From contig CAZHAQ010000004.1 in NCBI GenBank assembly GCA_964529785.1, forward strand, positions 1-61,662: a stretch of DNA of 61,662 nucleotides, written 5' to 3'. Position numbers and translations under genes: made by a program. Below are positions 30,535 to 41,451 of this stretch, piece after piece. Below the pieces are notes generated by a model. That model was not told where the DNA came from. It was given only the letters and a program-made list of their open reading frames with translations, and searched no databases. The number at the start of each line of letters is the position of its first letter. The stretch's first letter is position 1. This DNA comes from an uncultured Candidatus Saccharibacteria bacterium (GTDB lineage: Bacteria > Patescibacteriota > Saccharimonadia > Saccharimonadales > JACDBH01).

Positions 30535-31965
30535 CTACACTCCTAATTGTCGTTTTATTAACTGTTGCACCACTGAAGGATTTGCTTTTCCTTGGCTTGC
30601 TTTCATTACTTGGCCAACTAAAAATCCAATCGCTTTCATTTCCCCGCCTTTAATATCTTCTGCGGCTTTAGGGTTTTCGCTTATAATTTGCTGAACTATC
30701 ATTACAAGGGCACTCTCGTCTGATTCTTGGATTAGATTTTTATCACTGGCGATTTGTTTTGGGTCAGCACCTGAGCTTAGTGTATCGGCAAGTATTTCTT
30801 TTGCAGCCGATGAATTAAGCATCGAGCTGTCTACCATGCTTGCAAGCGTTACTAGCTGACCAGAGCGATCAATTACAGTTTCCCAAGATAATGTGCCGTC
30901 GGCTACAAGTCTTACTGCTTCCGTCGTTAGCCAGTTGGCAATCATCTTAGCTGTCTTATCTCCGTGAGCATCTATTATCCCACGGACAAATGAAGCTAAA
31001 GTTGGCTCTTCCAGCAGGACATCAACCTGAGAGCTGTCTAATTTTAGATTACTAAATGACTGCCTTAAGACATTGGGCATGTCGGGCATTTCGTTTTGAA
31101 TTCGAGCTATAGTCTTGTCGTCCAGCTCAATTGGTGGAAGATCAGGATCGGGGAAGTATCGGTAATCATGGGCGTCTTCTTTGGTGCGCTGACTAAAAGT
31201 TTGCTGTTTATTATCATCCCAGCCACGAGTTTCCTGTACTACTTGCTTTCCTTGTTCCAACAGGTTGGTTTGTCTTTTAATTTCATAATCTACGGCTTTT
31301 TCTACCGAGCGAAAAGAATTTAAGTTTTTGGTTTCAGTTCTAGTGCCTAGGTTGTCGTCTTTACTGACAGATACATTGACATCAAAACGCATATTGCCGT
31401 GGTATAAGTCGGCATCACTTACCTGGGCATATTTCATTAGCAGGTATAACTCATGAGCAAATGCTCTGGCTTCTGCTGCTGAATGCATTTCGGGCTCAGA
31501 TACAATTTCAAGTAACGGCGTGCCAGCACGGTTAAAGTCTACCAGGCTGTAATCTTCACCTTCTGGGTGGGTTGATTTGCCGGCATCAGCTTCAAGATGC
31601 GCTCGCGTAATATTAATTCTTTTAGTTTCACCATTTAAGCTTATGTCTACAAAGCCGCCTAATATTATTGGCTCATCGTACTGGCTGATCTGGTACCCCA
31701 TGGGTAGGTCTGGATAAAAGTAATGTTTGCGATCAAATTTACTGAATTTTTCCGGTCTCGTTCCCAGTGCGAAGGCGGCTTTGGAGGCTAGCTCAACGGC
31801 TTTTTTATTTAAAACAGGCAGAGCTCCCGGCATTCCAAGACAAATATGGCTAATAAGCGTATTCGGCTCAGCGCCTCGGGCATCATTGCCTACTCCAGCA
31901 AAAAGCTTGGTTCTAGTCTTTAGCTGAACATGACATTCAATTCCAATTGTGGCCTTATAGCTCAT
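30535..31965 (-). CDS. gatB: Asp/Glu-tRNA amidotransferase subunit B
   Basis: IGIECHVQL, FDRKHYFYPDLP, NRAGTPLLEIVSEP, YRYFPDPDLP, C-terminal YqeY-like domain. Confidence 0.97.
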   Translation of the reverse strand: MSYKATIGIECHVQLKTRTKLFAGVGNDARGAEPNTLISHICLGMPGALPVLNKKAVELASKAAFALGTRPEKFSKFDRKHYFYPDLPMGYQISQYDEPIILGGFVDISLNGETKRINITRAHLEADAGKSTHPEGEDYSLVDFNRAGTPLLEIVSEPEMHSAAEARAFAHELYLLMKYAQVSDADLYHGNMRFDVNVSVSKDDNLGTRTETKNLNSFRSVEKAVDYEIKRQTNLLEQGKQVVQETRGWDDNKQQTFSQRTKEDAHDYRYFPDPDLPPIELDDKTIARIQNEMPDMPNVLRQSFSNLKLDSSQVDVLLEEPTLASFVRGIIDAHGDKTAKMIANWLTTEAVRLVADGTLSWETVIDRSGQLVTLASMVDSSMLNSSAAKEILADTLSSGADPKQIASDKNLIQESDESALVMIVQQIISENPKAAEDIKGGEMKAIGFLVGQVMKASQGKANPSVVQQLIKRQLGV

Positions 31966-32372
31966 TTTAATGCCCCTAAATCTCGTAGTCCTTGTCGGAT
32001 ACCCATTAGTGCTTTCTGTACTTCCTTTTGAGACAGCGGTACGTCTACTTCATGGACAATTTTATTACGAAGCTTATGGCCGTACCAGACTGCATCGTTG
32101 TTGGACAGCGATCGTTGAGCTGATACCAGTCTTTCTCCCATGGTTTTACCCTTGAATCGCCTTTTTTTAAGTACTTCATCAAGTAGGTTATCAGCTTGAA
32201 TAATAGCCATAGGCCAAGTTTCTTTGCTTTTTAGTCCAGATTGTAGCTCTTTCCATTTGCGCTCAAAGTATGCTCTGTCTAGGTCTTTATGAGGCTTTCG
32301 GGCGACCAGGCTTATTAGACCCAGTACTGCCAATCCAGCACCTATGATAGCTACGACTGCTTCTGCGCTCAT
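31962..32372 (-). CDS. Membrane-anchored hypothetical protein between gatA and gatB
   Basis: 4-bp overlaps with both neighbours; N-terminal TM; AIIQADNLLD, GKTMGERL, HKLRNKIVHE. Confidence 0.8.
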   Translation of the reverse strand: MSAEAVVAIIGAGLAVLGLISLVARKPHKDLDRAYFERKWKELQSGLKSKETWPMAIIQADNLLDEVLKKRRFKGKTMGERLVSAQRSLSNNDAVWYGHKLRNKIVHEVDVPLSQKEVQKALMGIRQGLRDLGALK

Positions 32373-33790
32373 TTAGATATCTCCTCAAATGCTTTAGCAA
32401 GTCCAAGTAGTGATCGGTCTTGGTGTTGGGGTGCCATCAGCTGTAATCCTACAGGCATATTATCTACAGTACCTGCTGGTACACTAATGGCTGGGATGCC
32501 AGTTAGATTAGCAGCAACTGTCATAATGTCTGTTAGGTACATCTTTAATGGGTCAGTTGTATTCTCTCCGATTTTAAAAGCTGTATTAGGGGCTGTAGGG
32601 CCTGCTAAAAAGTCTACCTGGTCAAATGCTGACTGAAATTCATTGATTAACTTGGTTCTTACAGTTTGAGCTTTCTTGTAGTACGCATCGTAATACCCGC
32701 TGCTTAATACATAGGTGCCAATCATAATTCTGCGCTTGGCTTCTGTGCCAAATCCCTTTTCTCTTGATACTTCATAGCTGCTGGTTAGATCTTCGGTTTC
32801 TTTTTCGCTGTAACCATATCTTTGGCCGTCGTATCTGCTTAGATTGCTGCTTATTTCGGCTGGACAAATAATATAATAAACAGCAAGTGCATATTTAAGC
32901 GAAGGTAAGCTGATTTCTTTTATCACGGCACCTGCATTTTCAAGTTCATTGATTGCTAGATTGATATTGGCCCGCACCGACTCATCCAGTCCCTCGCCCA
33001 TATACTCTTTGACTACGCCAACTATTTTGCCATTTAAATCAGTATCCAGTTTTGAGTAGCCTTCACTATCTCTTTCAATCGTAGTGCTGTCTAAAGGATC
33101 GCGTCCCGAAATTACTTCCATTACAAGTGCAGCATCATCAACGTTTTTGGTGATTGGCCCTATACAATCTAGGCTGCTGGCCATTGCAATAACACCATTG
33201 CGGCTAGTAAGGCCGTATGTTGGCTTAAGACCAACTGCTCCACAATAACTTGCCGGTAGTCTAATTGACCCACCCGTGTCGGTACCAAGTGCAAAGGGGG
33301 CAAGATCAAGCATGACAGCGGCGGCAGATCCTCCAGAACTTCCGCCAGGAACTCTGGTTTTGTCTATAGGATTTAAGGTAGTGAAAAAATCGCTATTTTC
33401 GGTACTAGATCCATGGGCAAAAGCATCTAGGTTTGCTTTGGCAACACAGATTGCCCCTTCAGCTTCTAGTTTTTCAATGACCGTAGATTGATATGGGGCG
33501 CTAAAATTTTTAAGCATATTGCTGGCTGCGGTCGTGTTAGATCCAAATGTAAGAAAATTATCTTTAGCAATAAATGGCACGCCAGCTAGCCTGCCGGCAG
33601 GTTTGTTTGAACTGGTTAGTTCATCTATATTTTCTGCTCTTTCAAGAGCTCTGTCGGCAGTTAATGAAATTACAGACTTATACTCTTCGGCGTTTTTAAT
33701 TCTAGCTATTGAGTCTTTGACTAGATCTTTAGCAAGCAGTTCGCCAGCCTGCACTCTTTTAGCGATACCATCAATTGGATCCCAGCTCAT
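32369..33790 (-). CDS. gatA: Asp/Glu-tRNA amidotransferase subunit A
   Basis: Amidase signature PGGSSGGS, GTDTGGSIRLPAS; RRIMIGTYVLSSGYYDAYY. Confidence 0.97.
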   Translation of the reverse strand: MSWDPIDGIAKRVQAGELLAKDLVKDSIARIKNAEEYKSVISLTADRALERAENIDELTSSNKPAGRLAGVPFIAKDNFLTFGSNTTAASNMLKNFSAPYQSTVIEKLEAEGAICVAKANLDAFAHGSSTENSDFFTTLNPIDKTRVPGGSSGGSAAAVMLDLAPFALGTDTGGSIRLPASYCGAVGLKPTYGLTSRNGVIAMASSLDCIGPITKNVDDAALVMEVISGRDPLDSTTIERDSEGYSKLDTDLNGKIVGVVKEYMGEGLDESVRANINLAINELENAGAVIKEISLPSLKYALAVYYIICPAEISSNLSRYDGQRYGYSEKETEDLTSSYEVSREKGFGTEAKRRIMIGTYVLSSGYYDAYYKKAQTVRTKLINEFQSAFDQVDFLAGPTAPNTAFKIGENTTDPLKMYLTDIMTVAANLTGIPAISVPAGTVDNMPVGLQLMAPQHQDRSLLGLAKAFEEISK

Positions 33791-33815
33791 TAATTAAACC
33801 TCGTCATTATACAGC

Positions 33816-34109
33816 TTAACCGATCATTCGTTTGACTTTTAGATACGCACCTTGGCTTGCCGGAGCATTTTTAAAAAGCATCTTGCTATCTGTGCCATAG
33901 TTTATTTCGGTATCTTCTCTGGCTACATTGCTTAATCCGGTAATTTGGTAAGTTGGTTTTAAGCCGTCGGTATCGGCTGAGTCTAATAGTTCAACGTAAG
34001 TTAAAATCTCACTAATCTCATGCTGGAAGGCTGAAATTTCATCCTCGCCCAAACGAAGACGCGCCAGTTTTGCCAATTTTAATATGTCTTCTCTTGAAAG
34101 TTTTGCCAT
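33816..34109 (-). CDS. gatC: Asp/Glu-tRNA amidotransferase subunit C
   Basis: LAKLARL..REDT..NAP pattern; directly upstream of gatA; start set to ATG 34109. Confidence 0.92.
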   Translation of the reverse strand: MAKLSREDILKLAKLARLRLGEDEISAFQHEISEILTYVELLDSADTDGLKPTYQITGLSNVAREDTEINYGTDSKMLFKNAPASQGAYLKVKRMIG

Positions 34110-34344
34110 CTGAAACCTAGTATAACACTTTAAAAATAGTATAAAAACCCGAACAAGCAATTATCTAGCTTGTTAATATCCAGCGTACAACCATGTCTTT
34201 AATCCTTCTATATACTTTTTCATCATATTGCATGTTAGCTATACAGTACTGCATACCGTTATGTTTTGAATTTTCCATTAAAGATAGTATACGACTTTTT
34301 TAATAAAATCAGACATATAAGCTCTACTGCTTAGTGAAGTTAAG

Positions 34345-36309
34345 CTAAAGCTTGCTTTTAATATCTGTAATCACGTCTCTAATTTCAGCGGCCTTCTCAA
34401 ATTGCAGGTTTGCTGCCGCCATATCCATTTGTGCTGTCAGATCTTTAATTAGGTGCTTATATTCTTCTTTAGGTATTTTTTTAAGGTCAAGCTTAGGTTT
34501 CTTTTCTTCTTCAGAAAGTTCCGGTCTCATGCCTTTTTCTATCGCCCTAGCTATCCCTGCCGGCGTAATTCCATGCTTGATATTGTAGGCTTCTTGAATT
34601 TCTCGCCTTCTATTAGTCTCATCAATTGTACGCTTCATGCTGCCTGTAATATTATCCGCGTACATGATTACCCTACCCTCAACATGCCTTGCGGCGCGAC
34701 CTACTGTCTGGATTAAAGCTTGCTCGCTTCTTAAAAACCCTTCTTTGTCGGCGTCCAGTATGGCTACAAGACTGACCTCCGGAAGATCTAAACCTTCTCT
34801 CAGTAAGTTAATTCCCACCACAACATCATAAATTCCTAGTCTTAAGTCGCGCAGTATGTCCGTTCTATCCAGAGTATCTACATCACTGTGCAAATATGTA
34901 ACCTTGATATTTATATCTTTAAGGTATTCAGTTAAATCTTCGGACATTCGCTTCGTCAAAGTAGTTACAAGTACGCGCTGTTTTTTGCTAATTGTAGCTC
35001 TAATTTCACTAATCAAGTCATCTACCTGGCCTTCTACAGGCCTTACTTCAATAGGTGGATCCAAAAGCCCGGTAGGTCGTATTACTTGCTGGGCGGGTTC
35101 AGGGCTGCGTTCTAATTCATACTGGGCAGGCGTCGCACTGACATAAACAGCCTGATTGATATGTTGCTCAAATTCAAGAAAGTTCAGCGGTCTGTTGTCT
35201 AGGGCGCTTGGAAGCCTGAAGCCATGCTCTACTAGTACTTCTTTTCGTGCTCGATCACCGTTATACATTCCCCTCACCTGAGGTATTGTCATATGAGATT
35301 CGTCAATAAACATTAAATAATCGTCCGGATAATAATCAAGCAGAGTAGCTGGCTGTTCGCCTGGCTCGCGGTTGGTTAGATAGCGGCTGTAATTCTCAAT
35401 CCCTTTAACAAACCCGGTTTCTTCCAGCATCTCAAGGTCAAACTTAGTCCGCTGCTTAAGTCTTTGGGCTTCCAGTAATTTTCCTTGTTTTTCAAATAAA
35501 GCTACTCTTTCATCTAGTTCCTGCTGGATTTTACCAAGGGCAACTTTGAGCTTGTCATAGGGTGTAACATAGTGGCTGCCAGGGAAAATCTGCAGACGGT
35601 CTAACTTTTGCAATATCTCCCCTGTTAACGGATCAATTTTAGTTATACGATCTACTTCATCTCCAAAAAATTCAATACGGTATGCAAATTCTTCACCTGC
35701 CGGGAAAACATCTACCACATCTCCGCGCACTCTGAATGTACTGCGATGAAAATCTATATCATTTCGCTGGTATTGGATATCTGTTAGGTGCCTAATAAAC
35801 TTATCTCTTACCTTTCGTTCTCCAGTAATTACTGTCTCTGAAAGGCCCGCATAATCTTCCACAGAGCCTATACCGTAAATACAGCTGACACTAGCTACAA
35901 TAATTACATCTCGCCTAGTCAGCAGCGCATCTGTTGCCGCATGACGCAATCTGTCAATTTCCTCGTTTATCTGACTGTCTTTTTCTATAAACGTATCGCT
36001 TCTGGCAATGTAGGCTTCCGGCTGATAATAATCAAAGTAGCTAACAAAATAATGTACAGCATTGTTTGGAAAGAAGTTTTTAAATTCGCTATAAAGCTGA
36101 GCGGCTAAGGTTTTATTATGGCTTAAGACTAAGGTGGGTCTTTGAGTATTCTGAATAACATTAGCCATGGTGAAAGTCTTGCCGCTGCCCGTAACTCCAA
36201 GCAAGGTCTGTTCCTTTTGGCCCGACTTAACAAGATTGGTTATGCGCTCAATAGCCTCAGGCTGATCACCCTGAGGCTTATACTTACTCTTAAGCTCAAA
36301 TTTTACCAT
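34345..36309 (-). CDS. uvrB: Excinuclease ABC subunit B
   Basis: [33 protein letters not shown]-terminal UVR domain; start set to ATG 36309. Confidence 0.97.
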   Translation of the reverse strand: MVKFELKSKYKPQGDQPEAIERITNLVKSGQKEQTLLGVTGSGKTFTMANVIQNTQRPTLVLSHNKTLAAQLYSEFKNFFPNNAVHYFVSYFDYYQPEAYIARSDTFIEKDSQINEEIDRLRHAATDALLTRRDVIIVASVSCIYGIGSVEDYAGLSETVITGERKVRDKFIRHLTDIQYQRNDIDFHRSTFRVRGDVVDVFPAGEEFAYRIEFFGDEVDRITKIDPLTGEILQKLDRLQIFPGSHYVTPYDKLKVALGKIQQELDERVALFEKQGKLLEAQRLKQRTKFDLEMLEETGFVKGIENYSRYLTNREPGEQPATLLDYYPDDYLMFIDESHMTIPQVRGMYNGDRARKEVLVEHGFRLPSALDNRPLNFLEFEQHINQAVYVSATPAQYELERSPEPAQQVIRPTGLLDPPIEVRPVEGQVDDLISEIRATISKKQRVLVTTLTKRMSEDLTEYLKDINIKVTYLHSDVDTLDRTDILRDLRLGIYDVVVGINLLREGLDLPEVSLVAILDADKEGFLRSEQALIQTVGRAARHVEGRVIMYADNITGSMKRTIDETNRRREIQEAYNIKHGITPAGIARAIEKGMRPELSEEEKKPKLDLKKIPKEEYKHLIKDLTAQMDMAAANLQFEKAAEIRDVITDIKSKL

Positions 36310-36371
36310 CCTATTATTGTAACAATATCGCAGAATATTTAATAGATTATGCAATACCCCAAAGCAAACAA

Positions 36372-37628
36372 TTAAATGATAGTTTGTTTTGGTGAAATCA
36401 TATTACTGCCTAGCTGCTGAAGAACCTGGCTTTCTAAGACTTTTTGGCCCATATAACGCATGTAGAGTTCGTTCCAGAGACTTGCCCTCATATGCGCCAC
36501 AATCCTGTCTGAATAATCACATGCTAAATAGTAGCTCATACTTAAATCCATAAGGTTAAAGCTGACAGGTTTTGCTTCACCGATACTAGCGCCCACATAA
36601 TCCAATCCGCGCCAAAAATTTAGTTCTGGATCAATCTCATATAGTTGCTCTTCAGCACGGCGCCAGTATAGATCTTCTGGCTGTATGTGAGGCTGGAATA
36701 TTTCCGGATGATCTAAATGTTCAGGCCGACCATAGTGGCGCTGCACAATGCGCCAGTGAATCTGACTGCCGGCCATTTCTGCATTTGATGTTACATCTTC
36801 GTTTAGGGTGCTGGTTATAATTTTGCCGAAGTCCGGTTTCACCTGCTGCATTTTAAAGAACGCGCTATATAGTCTAATTTCGTTAATATAATGAAGAGCG
36901 ATCGGCAATGTGGCTATAGTAAAGCCTTCAATTTTATTGTGGAATGGCGGCAGGAGCGCAACTACGCCAAGTTCTTTTAAGTGAGTAATGTTGTAGGCTT
37001 TATTGTTTGTAAACTTAGGAAGAGAGCTCCACTTATCCTTGTCAATTAATACCACCTCAATTCTTCTATTTTCAAAATCGGAAGGCATCAGGTGCTTATA
37101 TAATTTATTGAATTTTTTAAGCCACGCTGGACTTTGAGCAAACCTTAAGGCGCTAAATATTTCTGCTAGGTTCTCTCTTTTAGTCAATGATTCAACTGAA
37201 GTATAGCCTAAAACTTTCATCACTTTATCAGGGGGCATCTGATGCAGCAGCCGCTTAGCTACACTTTTCTTAAGAACCCAGGCTTCTGAGCCGCTAGAAG
37301 AATTGTTTAGATATTTCTCAAGAGTTCTCTTTATTACTGGCTGCATTGAGTGAACTTCAGATGGATCCTTGCCGCCAATGTGCCGCGCCAGGTGCTGGTC
37401 GTGAGCCTTTATTTTTCCAAGCAGCATATAATACAGCTCTTCTCCGGTTGTATCCGTCGGGTCAAGATCTAGCTCTTCAACTTTTTGCCTTACTTTTTGA
37501 ATTATTTCGCTCATTAGGCGAACATCCATACTTGGACTACCGGAGACTCTTTCCAGTTGCTTAATTGACATAGAGAATGTCGGCTCTTCGGCTCCGAGTA
37601 GCTTAGAAAGCATATTTCCCACCTGCAA
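36372..37628 (-). CDS. Hypothetical cytoplasmic protein (418 aa)
   Basis: Long ORF with GGAGGT RBS; exact start uncertain (TTG 37628, GTG 37622 or ATG 37613); no motif recognised. Confidence 0.8.
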   Translation of the reverse strand: MQVGNMLSKLLGAEEPTFSMSIKQLERVSGSPSMDVRLMSEIIQKVRQKVEELDLDPTDTTGEELYYMLLGKIKAHDQHLARHIGGKDPSEVHSMQPVIKRTLEKYLNNSSSGSEAWVLKKSVAKRLLHQMPPDKVMKVLGYTSVESLTKRENLAEIFSALRFAQSPAWLKKFNKLYKHLMPSDFENRRIEVVLIDKDKWSSLPKFTNNKAYNITHLKELGVVALLPPFHNKIEGFTIATLPIALHYINEIRLYSAFFKMQQVKPDFGKIITSTLNEDVTSNAEMAGSQIHWRIVQRHYGRPEHLDHPEIFQPHIQPEDLYWRRAEEQLYEIDPELNFWRGLDYVGASIGEAKPVSFNLMDLSMSYYLACDYSDRIVAHMRASLWNELYMRYMGQKVLESQVLQQLGSNMISPKQTII

Positions 37629-37796
37629 TTACCTCCACCCAAGTAATTTAGTTAATAGTTAAAGTTTAGCATACTGACGGCATTCTAACATTGGTATTGT
37701 GGAAGAAGTTGTTGTAATAATTGATATATGTCCATTATCTGTTTTGGCCTTACAAAACTTTTTTGAAAGTAAAAAAATGTTATAATCATAAACAAT

Positions 37797-38525
37797 ATGC
37801 AAAATAAAAAGTTAAGTGCTATTACGCCTCATCGCGATGCAGTTATTCGTCTTGTAAATAATGAAACAGAAGCAAGGGTCAACCGCATTGAAAAAGAATT
37901 TAAAGCCGGCTTTGAAGTAGTGAACAGCTACAATCACACCGTAACAGTTTTTGGATCTGCTAGGTTTTTAGAAGATAATTATTACTACCAGCAGGCTAGA
38001 AAATTAGGCGGTATGCTTGCACAAGAAGGATTTACAGTCATTACTGGCGGCGGCAGCGGAATTATGGAAGCAGCTAATAGAGGAGCATACGAAGCTGGTG
38101 GTAAATCAGTCGGCTTTAATATAGAACTTCCTCACGAGCAACAGCTTAATGCCTACACTACACAATCAATGCCTTTTAGATATTTCTTTGCCCGCAAGGT
38201 TATGCTGGCCTATGCGGCAAGCGCACTAATTTGTTTTCCTGGAGGGTTTGGCACACTAGATGAATTATTTGAAGTTATTACCTTAATTCAAACTGGCAAA
38301 ACCCCTAAAGTACCGGTCGTTCTGGTTGGTAAAAAATTCTGGCACAATTTAGATAGCTTTATAAATAATCAGCTTCTTAAAGAACTGGGAGCTATTAGCC
38401 ATGGCGACGAAGAGCTTTATATTATAGAAGATGATTTAGAGAAAGTAGTAAACATAGTTAACTCCCACCGAGAAACGACTTCTGTATTTGCTCTACCGCC
38501 TGTATCTGAAAAGGTATTAGTTTAA
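37797..38525 (+). CDS. LOG family nucleotide monophosphate nucleosidase (TIGR00730-like)
   Basis: VFGSAR, TGGGSGIMEAANRGA, RKVML, PGGFGTLDE. Confidence 0.93.
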   Translation: MQNKKLSAITPHRDAVIRLVNNETEARVNRIEKEFKAGFEVVNSYNHTVTVFGSARFLEDNYYYQQARKLGGMLAQEGFTVITGGGSGIMEAANRGAYEAGGKSVGFNIELPHEQQLNAYTTQSMPFRYFFARKVMLAYAASALICFPGGFGTLDELFEVITLIQTGKTPKVPVVLVGKKFWHNLDSFINNQLLKELGAISHGDEELYIIEDDLEKVVNIVNSHRETTSVFALPPVSEKVLV

Positions 38526-38616
38526 TTAAATTATCAAATCATAGGATAGCTAATGTGCGACTTATGAGTTAGTATGTTCGCGGTGTCTACTAATAGTAAA
38601 AAGCAGAATTAATTCA

Positions 38617-39294
38617 ATGTCCGAACTTTTACCTGTCCAGTCTACTACCCCTATCTACCTAGAAGGAAGTAAAGCTGATCATAATACCGCTGGACGCTTA
38701 TTAGAGCATGCTGCCGTAGGTGCTACTTTAGTTAGAGGCTTAGGTGCTGTCGCTAATTTCTATAGCATAATGAATTCCGAGGAATACCGATCCTGGAGCA
38801 GTGTTGCCCGATTTGGTGTCTACGCATCAACTGATTTTATTGACGGCAAATTAGCCCGTCTCGGTAGGAGGCTGCAAGGTAAGGACGAAAATACGCCGCG
38901 TCCGCTTAGATCTTACCTGGATCATCTTACCGACAAGGGCTTGGTTGATAGTACTGTGATTGCCATCGGAATGAAGGAAATTAATAAGGGTAATACTAAA
39001 TATGGCAATACATTGCTGGCTGCAGCCGGTGTAACTGTGGCTAGAGATGCATTAACGACGGCCGATAGGATAATCGCAGATGTGCAAGGCATTGATACCA
39101 GAGCTCAGTCTTCGGGCAAGGCTAAAGCCGTTAAACAATTTCTTGCTGTAGGGTTCGCCTTAAGCCCGCTAGCCAAATCCGTAGCTGGCCAGACTATATC
39201 TGGCACTGCTCTATTATGGACTGCTAAAGATTCGGTTAGTAGTGGGCTGGATCTTCATCGGCATTTTAAAATACGCCGCAAAGAAAGAAAATAG
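38617..39294 (+). CDS. CDP-alcohol phosphatidyltransferase family protein (divergent)
   Basis: TDFIDGKLAR...LDHLTDK motif with insertion; GKAK..Q later. Confidence 0.7.
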   Translation: MSELLPVQSTTPIYLEGSKADHNTAGRLLEHAAVGATLVRGLGAVANFYSIMNSEEYRSWSSVARFGVYASTDFIDGKLARLGRRLQGKDENTPRPLRSYLDHLTDKGLVDSTVIAIGMKEINKGNTKYGNTLLAAAGVTVARDALTTADRIIADVQGIDTRAQSSGKAKAVKQFLAVGFALSPLAKSVAGQTISGTALLWTAKDSVSSGLDLHRHFKIRRKERK

Positions 39295-39336
39295 CAGCTA
39301 ATGCTGCTATTTCTGCTATCTATTAATAGACTTTAT

Positions 39337-40356
39337 TTACATTGGTTTTGGAACGTACCAGTCCGGAGCTTCATCTAAGAATTTTTGTATCTCAGTTTCA
39401 CTTAACAAGCCTTCTTGGGCACCAGGATGTTGAACTACATTCATTGAATTGACCGGTCCCCATTTCATCGCTTCCTGAACGGTTTTGCCGCGCATAATAG
39501 CTGCTGTGAATGTACTGGCAAATGCATCGCCAGCACCCGTACGTTCATAAGGTGGCGCAATGTCAGGGTAAATAGGCATGAAGAAACGGCCTTCTTCGCT
39601 TGAGCTGTAAGCTCCATTAGGACCATCGGTAATACATACAATTTTTGGACCTAAGGCATGTAGCTTGTCAAACTGATCGTGAATATTGTTTATATCGCCG
39701 CCGCCAACTAATGTGGCCTCTTCTTTGTTTAGTACTAGAATCTCGCTGTGCTTATATATTCTATTTAATCTTTCGGCTCCAGCTTTCATCTGGAATGTTC
39801 CTGGCTGGAAAGCAAGCTTTACTGAAGGATTTTCATCAAGCCAGTCGGCAAGTTCATCATGAAAATCTAATGCATTTTCGGCAATTGAGCTGAAGTATAT
39901 CCACTTTGGAGTTTCTTTACCTCTAAGGTTAGGCCAAACGTATTCGTACTGCTCATGATTAATTAATATAGTACGCTCTTCCTTGTACCATAGTACGTAG
40001 TGATAGTTGGTCTTTTTTCTTGGGTTAACCCTGACCCATCTGGTATCAATTTTTTTTGCGTTAAGTGCAGCAATTATACCGCGGCCATACTTGTCATCAC
40101 CAACATTAGTTACAAAGCCACAGTTTAGTCCAAGCCGAGTTAAGCTGACAGCTGCATTAGCTGCATTACCAACACCTTCAACGACCACTGCTTCGTCAAA
40201 TGGAATCTTTGTGCCATATTCCATAGCAATAACTTTTTTTCCATATTCATCAGTGTAAGTCCACGCTTTGTCATCAAATAGCTTAATGAATGCATCGGTT
40301 ACTACGTCGCCTACACTCAGTACGTCCAGTTGGTCGCCCATATTAACTGTCACCAC
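39337..40356 (-). CDS. PfkB family carbohydrate kinase
   Basis: GNAANAAVSLTRLG, VGDDKYG, NKEEA, ERTGAGDAF. Confidence 0.92.
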   Translation of the reverse strand: MVTVNMGDQLDVLSVGDVVTDAFIKLFDDKAWTYTDEYGKKVIAMEYGTKIPFDEAVVVEGVGNAANAAVSLTRLGLNCGFVTNVGDDKYGRGIIAALNAKKIDTRWVRVNPRKKTNYHYVLWYKEERTILINHEQYEYVWPNLRGKETPKWIYFSSIAENALDFHDELADWLDENPSVKLAFQPGTFQMKAGAERLNRIYKHSEILVLNKEEATLVGGGDINNIHDQFDKLHALGPKIVCITDGPNGAYSSSEEGRFFMPIYPDIAPPYERTGAGDAFASTFTAAIMRGKTVQEAMKWGPVNSMNVVQHPGAQEGLLSETEIQKFLDEAPDWYVPKPM

Positions 40357-40415
40357 CCTTCTTTTTATTAATACTTATGCTTAATGAACATTATTGCATA
40401 CAGCAGTGCTTTTTA

Positions 40416-41381
40416 CTAGTTAAAGTCCTCTTGATTAACTTCTTTGTTGGCTTCAGCCTGATAACTAGTCTTAAAGGCTGATTTGCCTGCTGAATTAAAC
40501 ATATCAATCTTTTCTTCTACCACCGCCTGGATAGCATCGATAACCGTGCCCATCAGCTTGACTACAGCATACTCTTCAGGATTGTCGCGCAGAATTTTCT
40601 CTAATGTATCCCTAAAAACTTTACGCATATCTGAATTTATATTTACTTTGCTTACGCCAATCTTGGCCGCTTCCGCAAAAAAGTGCGCTGGCGTGCCACT
40701 GCCGCCATGAAGGCTAATCTGGCAGTCAATTGCGTTTCGTACCTGTGATAATAGTTCAAGATCAAGCTGCTTAGGAACCGGATAGCTGCCATGAAGGTTG
40801 CCTACGGCTGCTGCAAATGTGTCTATGCCGGTTGATTCAACAAAATATTTAGCCCCTTCAGGAGTGGAGAATGTCTTCTTTATTTCATCATAATCAAAAG
40901 CTTCATCAAAGACATTAGACCCGCCACCAAAATAATGAGGCTCACTTTCTACTAAGGCGCCGGTGAATTTAGCATAATCCACCACTTTTTTAGTGCCATT
41001 AATTATCTCCTCAACTGATGCGTCCTTATTTGCCTGGGATATGTCTATATGTATAAATTCAAATCCAGCATCGATTGCGGCCATGGCATCTTCAACTGTG
41101 GGAGAATGGTCCAAGTTAAGATACATCTCTACGCCATATTCAGATCGATAGTTATCTACCATACATCTAGCATTTTGTAGCCCAATAGCATCAACTTCAC
41201 CTTTGCTCAGCTGGATAATTACAGGAGCATTCTTCTTCGCAGCAGCTCTACAAATTGCAATAAGTGTTTCCTGGTTATCTATATTAAATGCGCCCACAGC
41301 AAAATGCTCATTTCTAGATCTTTGCATTAATTCGCGGGCCTTAGATGTATTGTGTCTAATCCTGGATAGCGTTTGCGACAT
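40416..41381 (-). CDS. fba: Class II fructose-bisphosphate aldolase
   Basis: AVGAFN, NLDH, GNLHG, LHGGSG, KVNINSD. Confidence 0.9.
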   Translation of the reverse strand: MSQTLSRIRHNTSKARELMQRSRNEHFAVGAFNIDNQETLIAICRAAAKKNAPVIIQLSKGEVDAIGLQNARCMVDNYRSEYGVEMYLNLDHSPTVEDAMAAIDAGFEFIHIDISQANKDASVEEIINGTKKVVDYAKFTGALVESEPHYFGGGSNVFDEAFDYDEIKKTFSTPEGAKYFVESTGIDTFAAAVGNLHGSYPVPKQLDLELLSQVRNAIDCQISLHGGSGTPAHFFAEAAKIGVSKVNINSDMRKVFRDTLEKILRDNPEEYAVVKLMGTVIDAIQAVVEEKIDMFNSAGKSAFKTSYQAEANKEVNQEDFN

Positions 41382-41451
41382 GTTTTTCCTCCGTTTTATT
41401 TATTGTGCTTATACTTATGGTTAGCTTAGCAAATTGCGGCATTTATTTGTA

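Noticed and set aside
37685-37735. 16-aa minus-strand ORF MDIYQLLQQLLPQYQC between the 418-aa gene and LOG
   Set aside because: No clear RBS or terminator; expected by chance in a divergent promoter region
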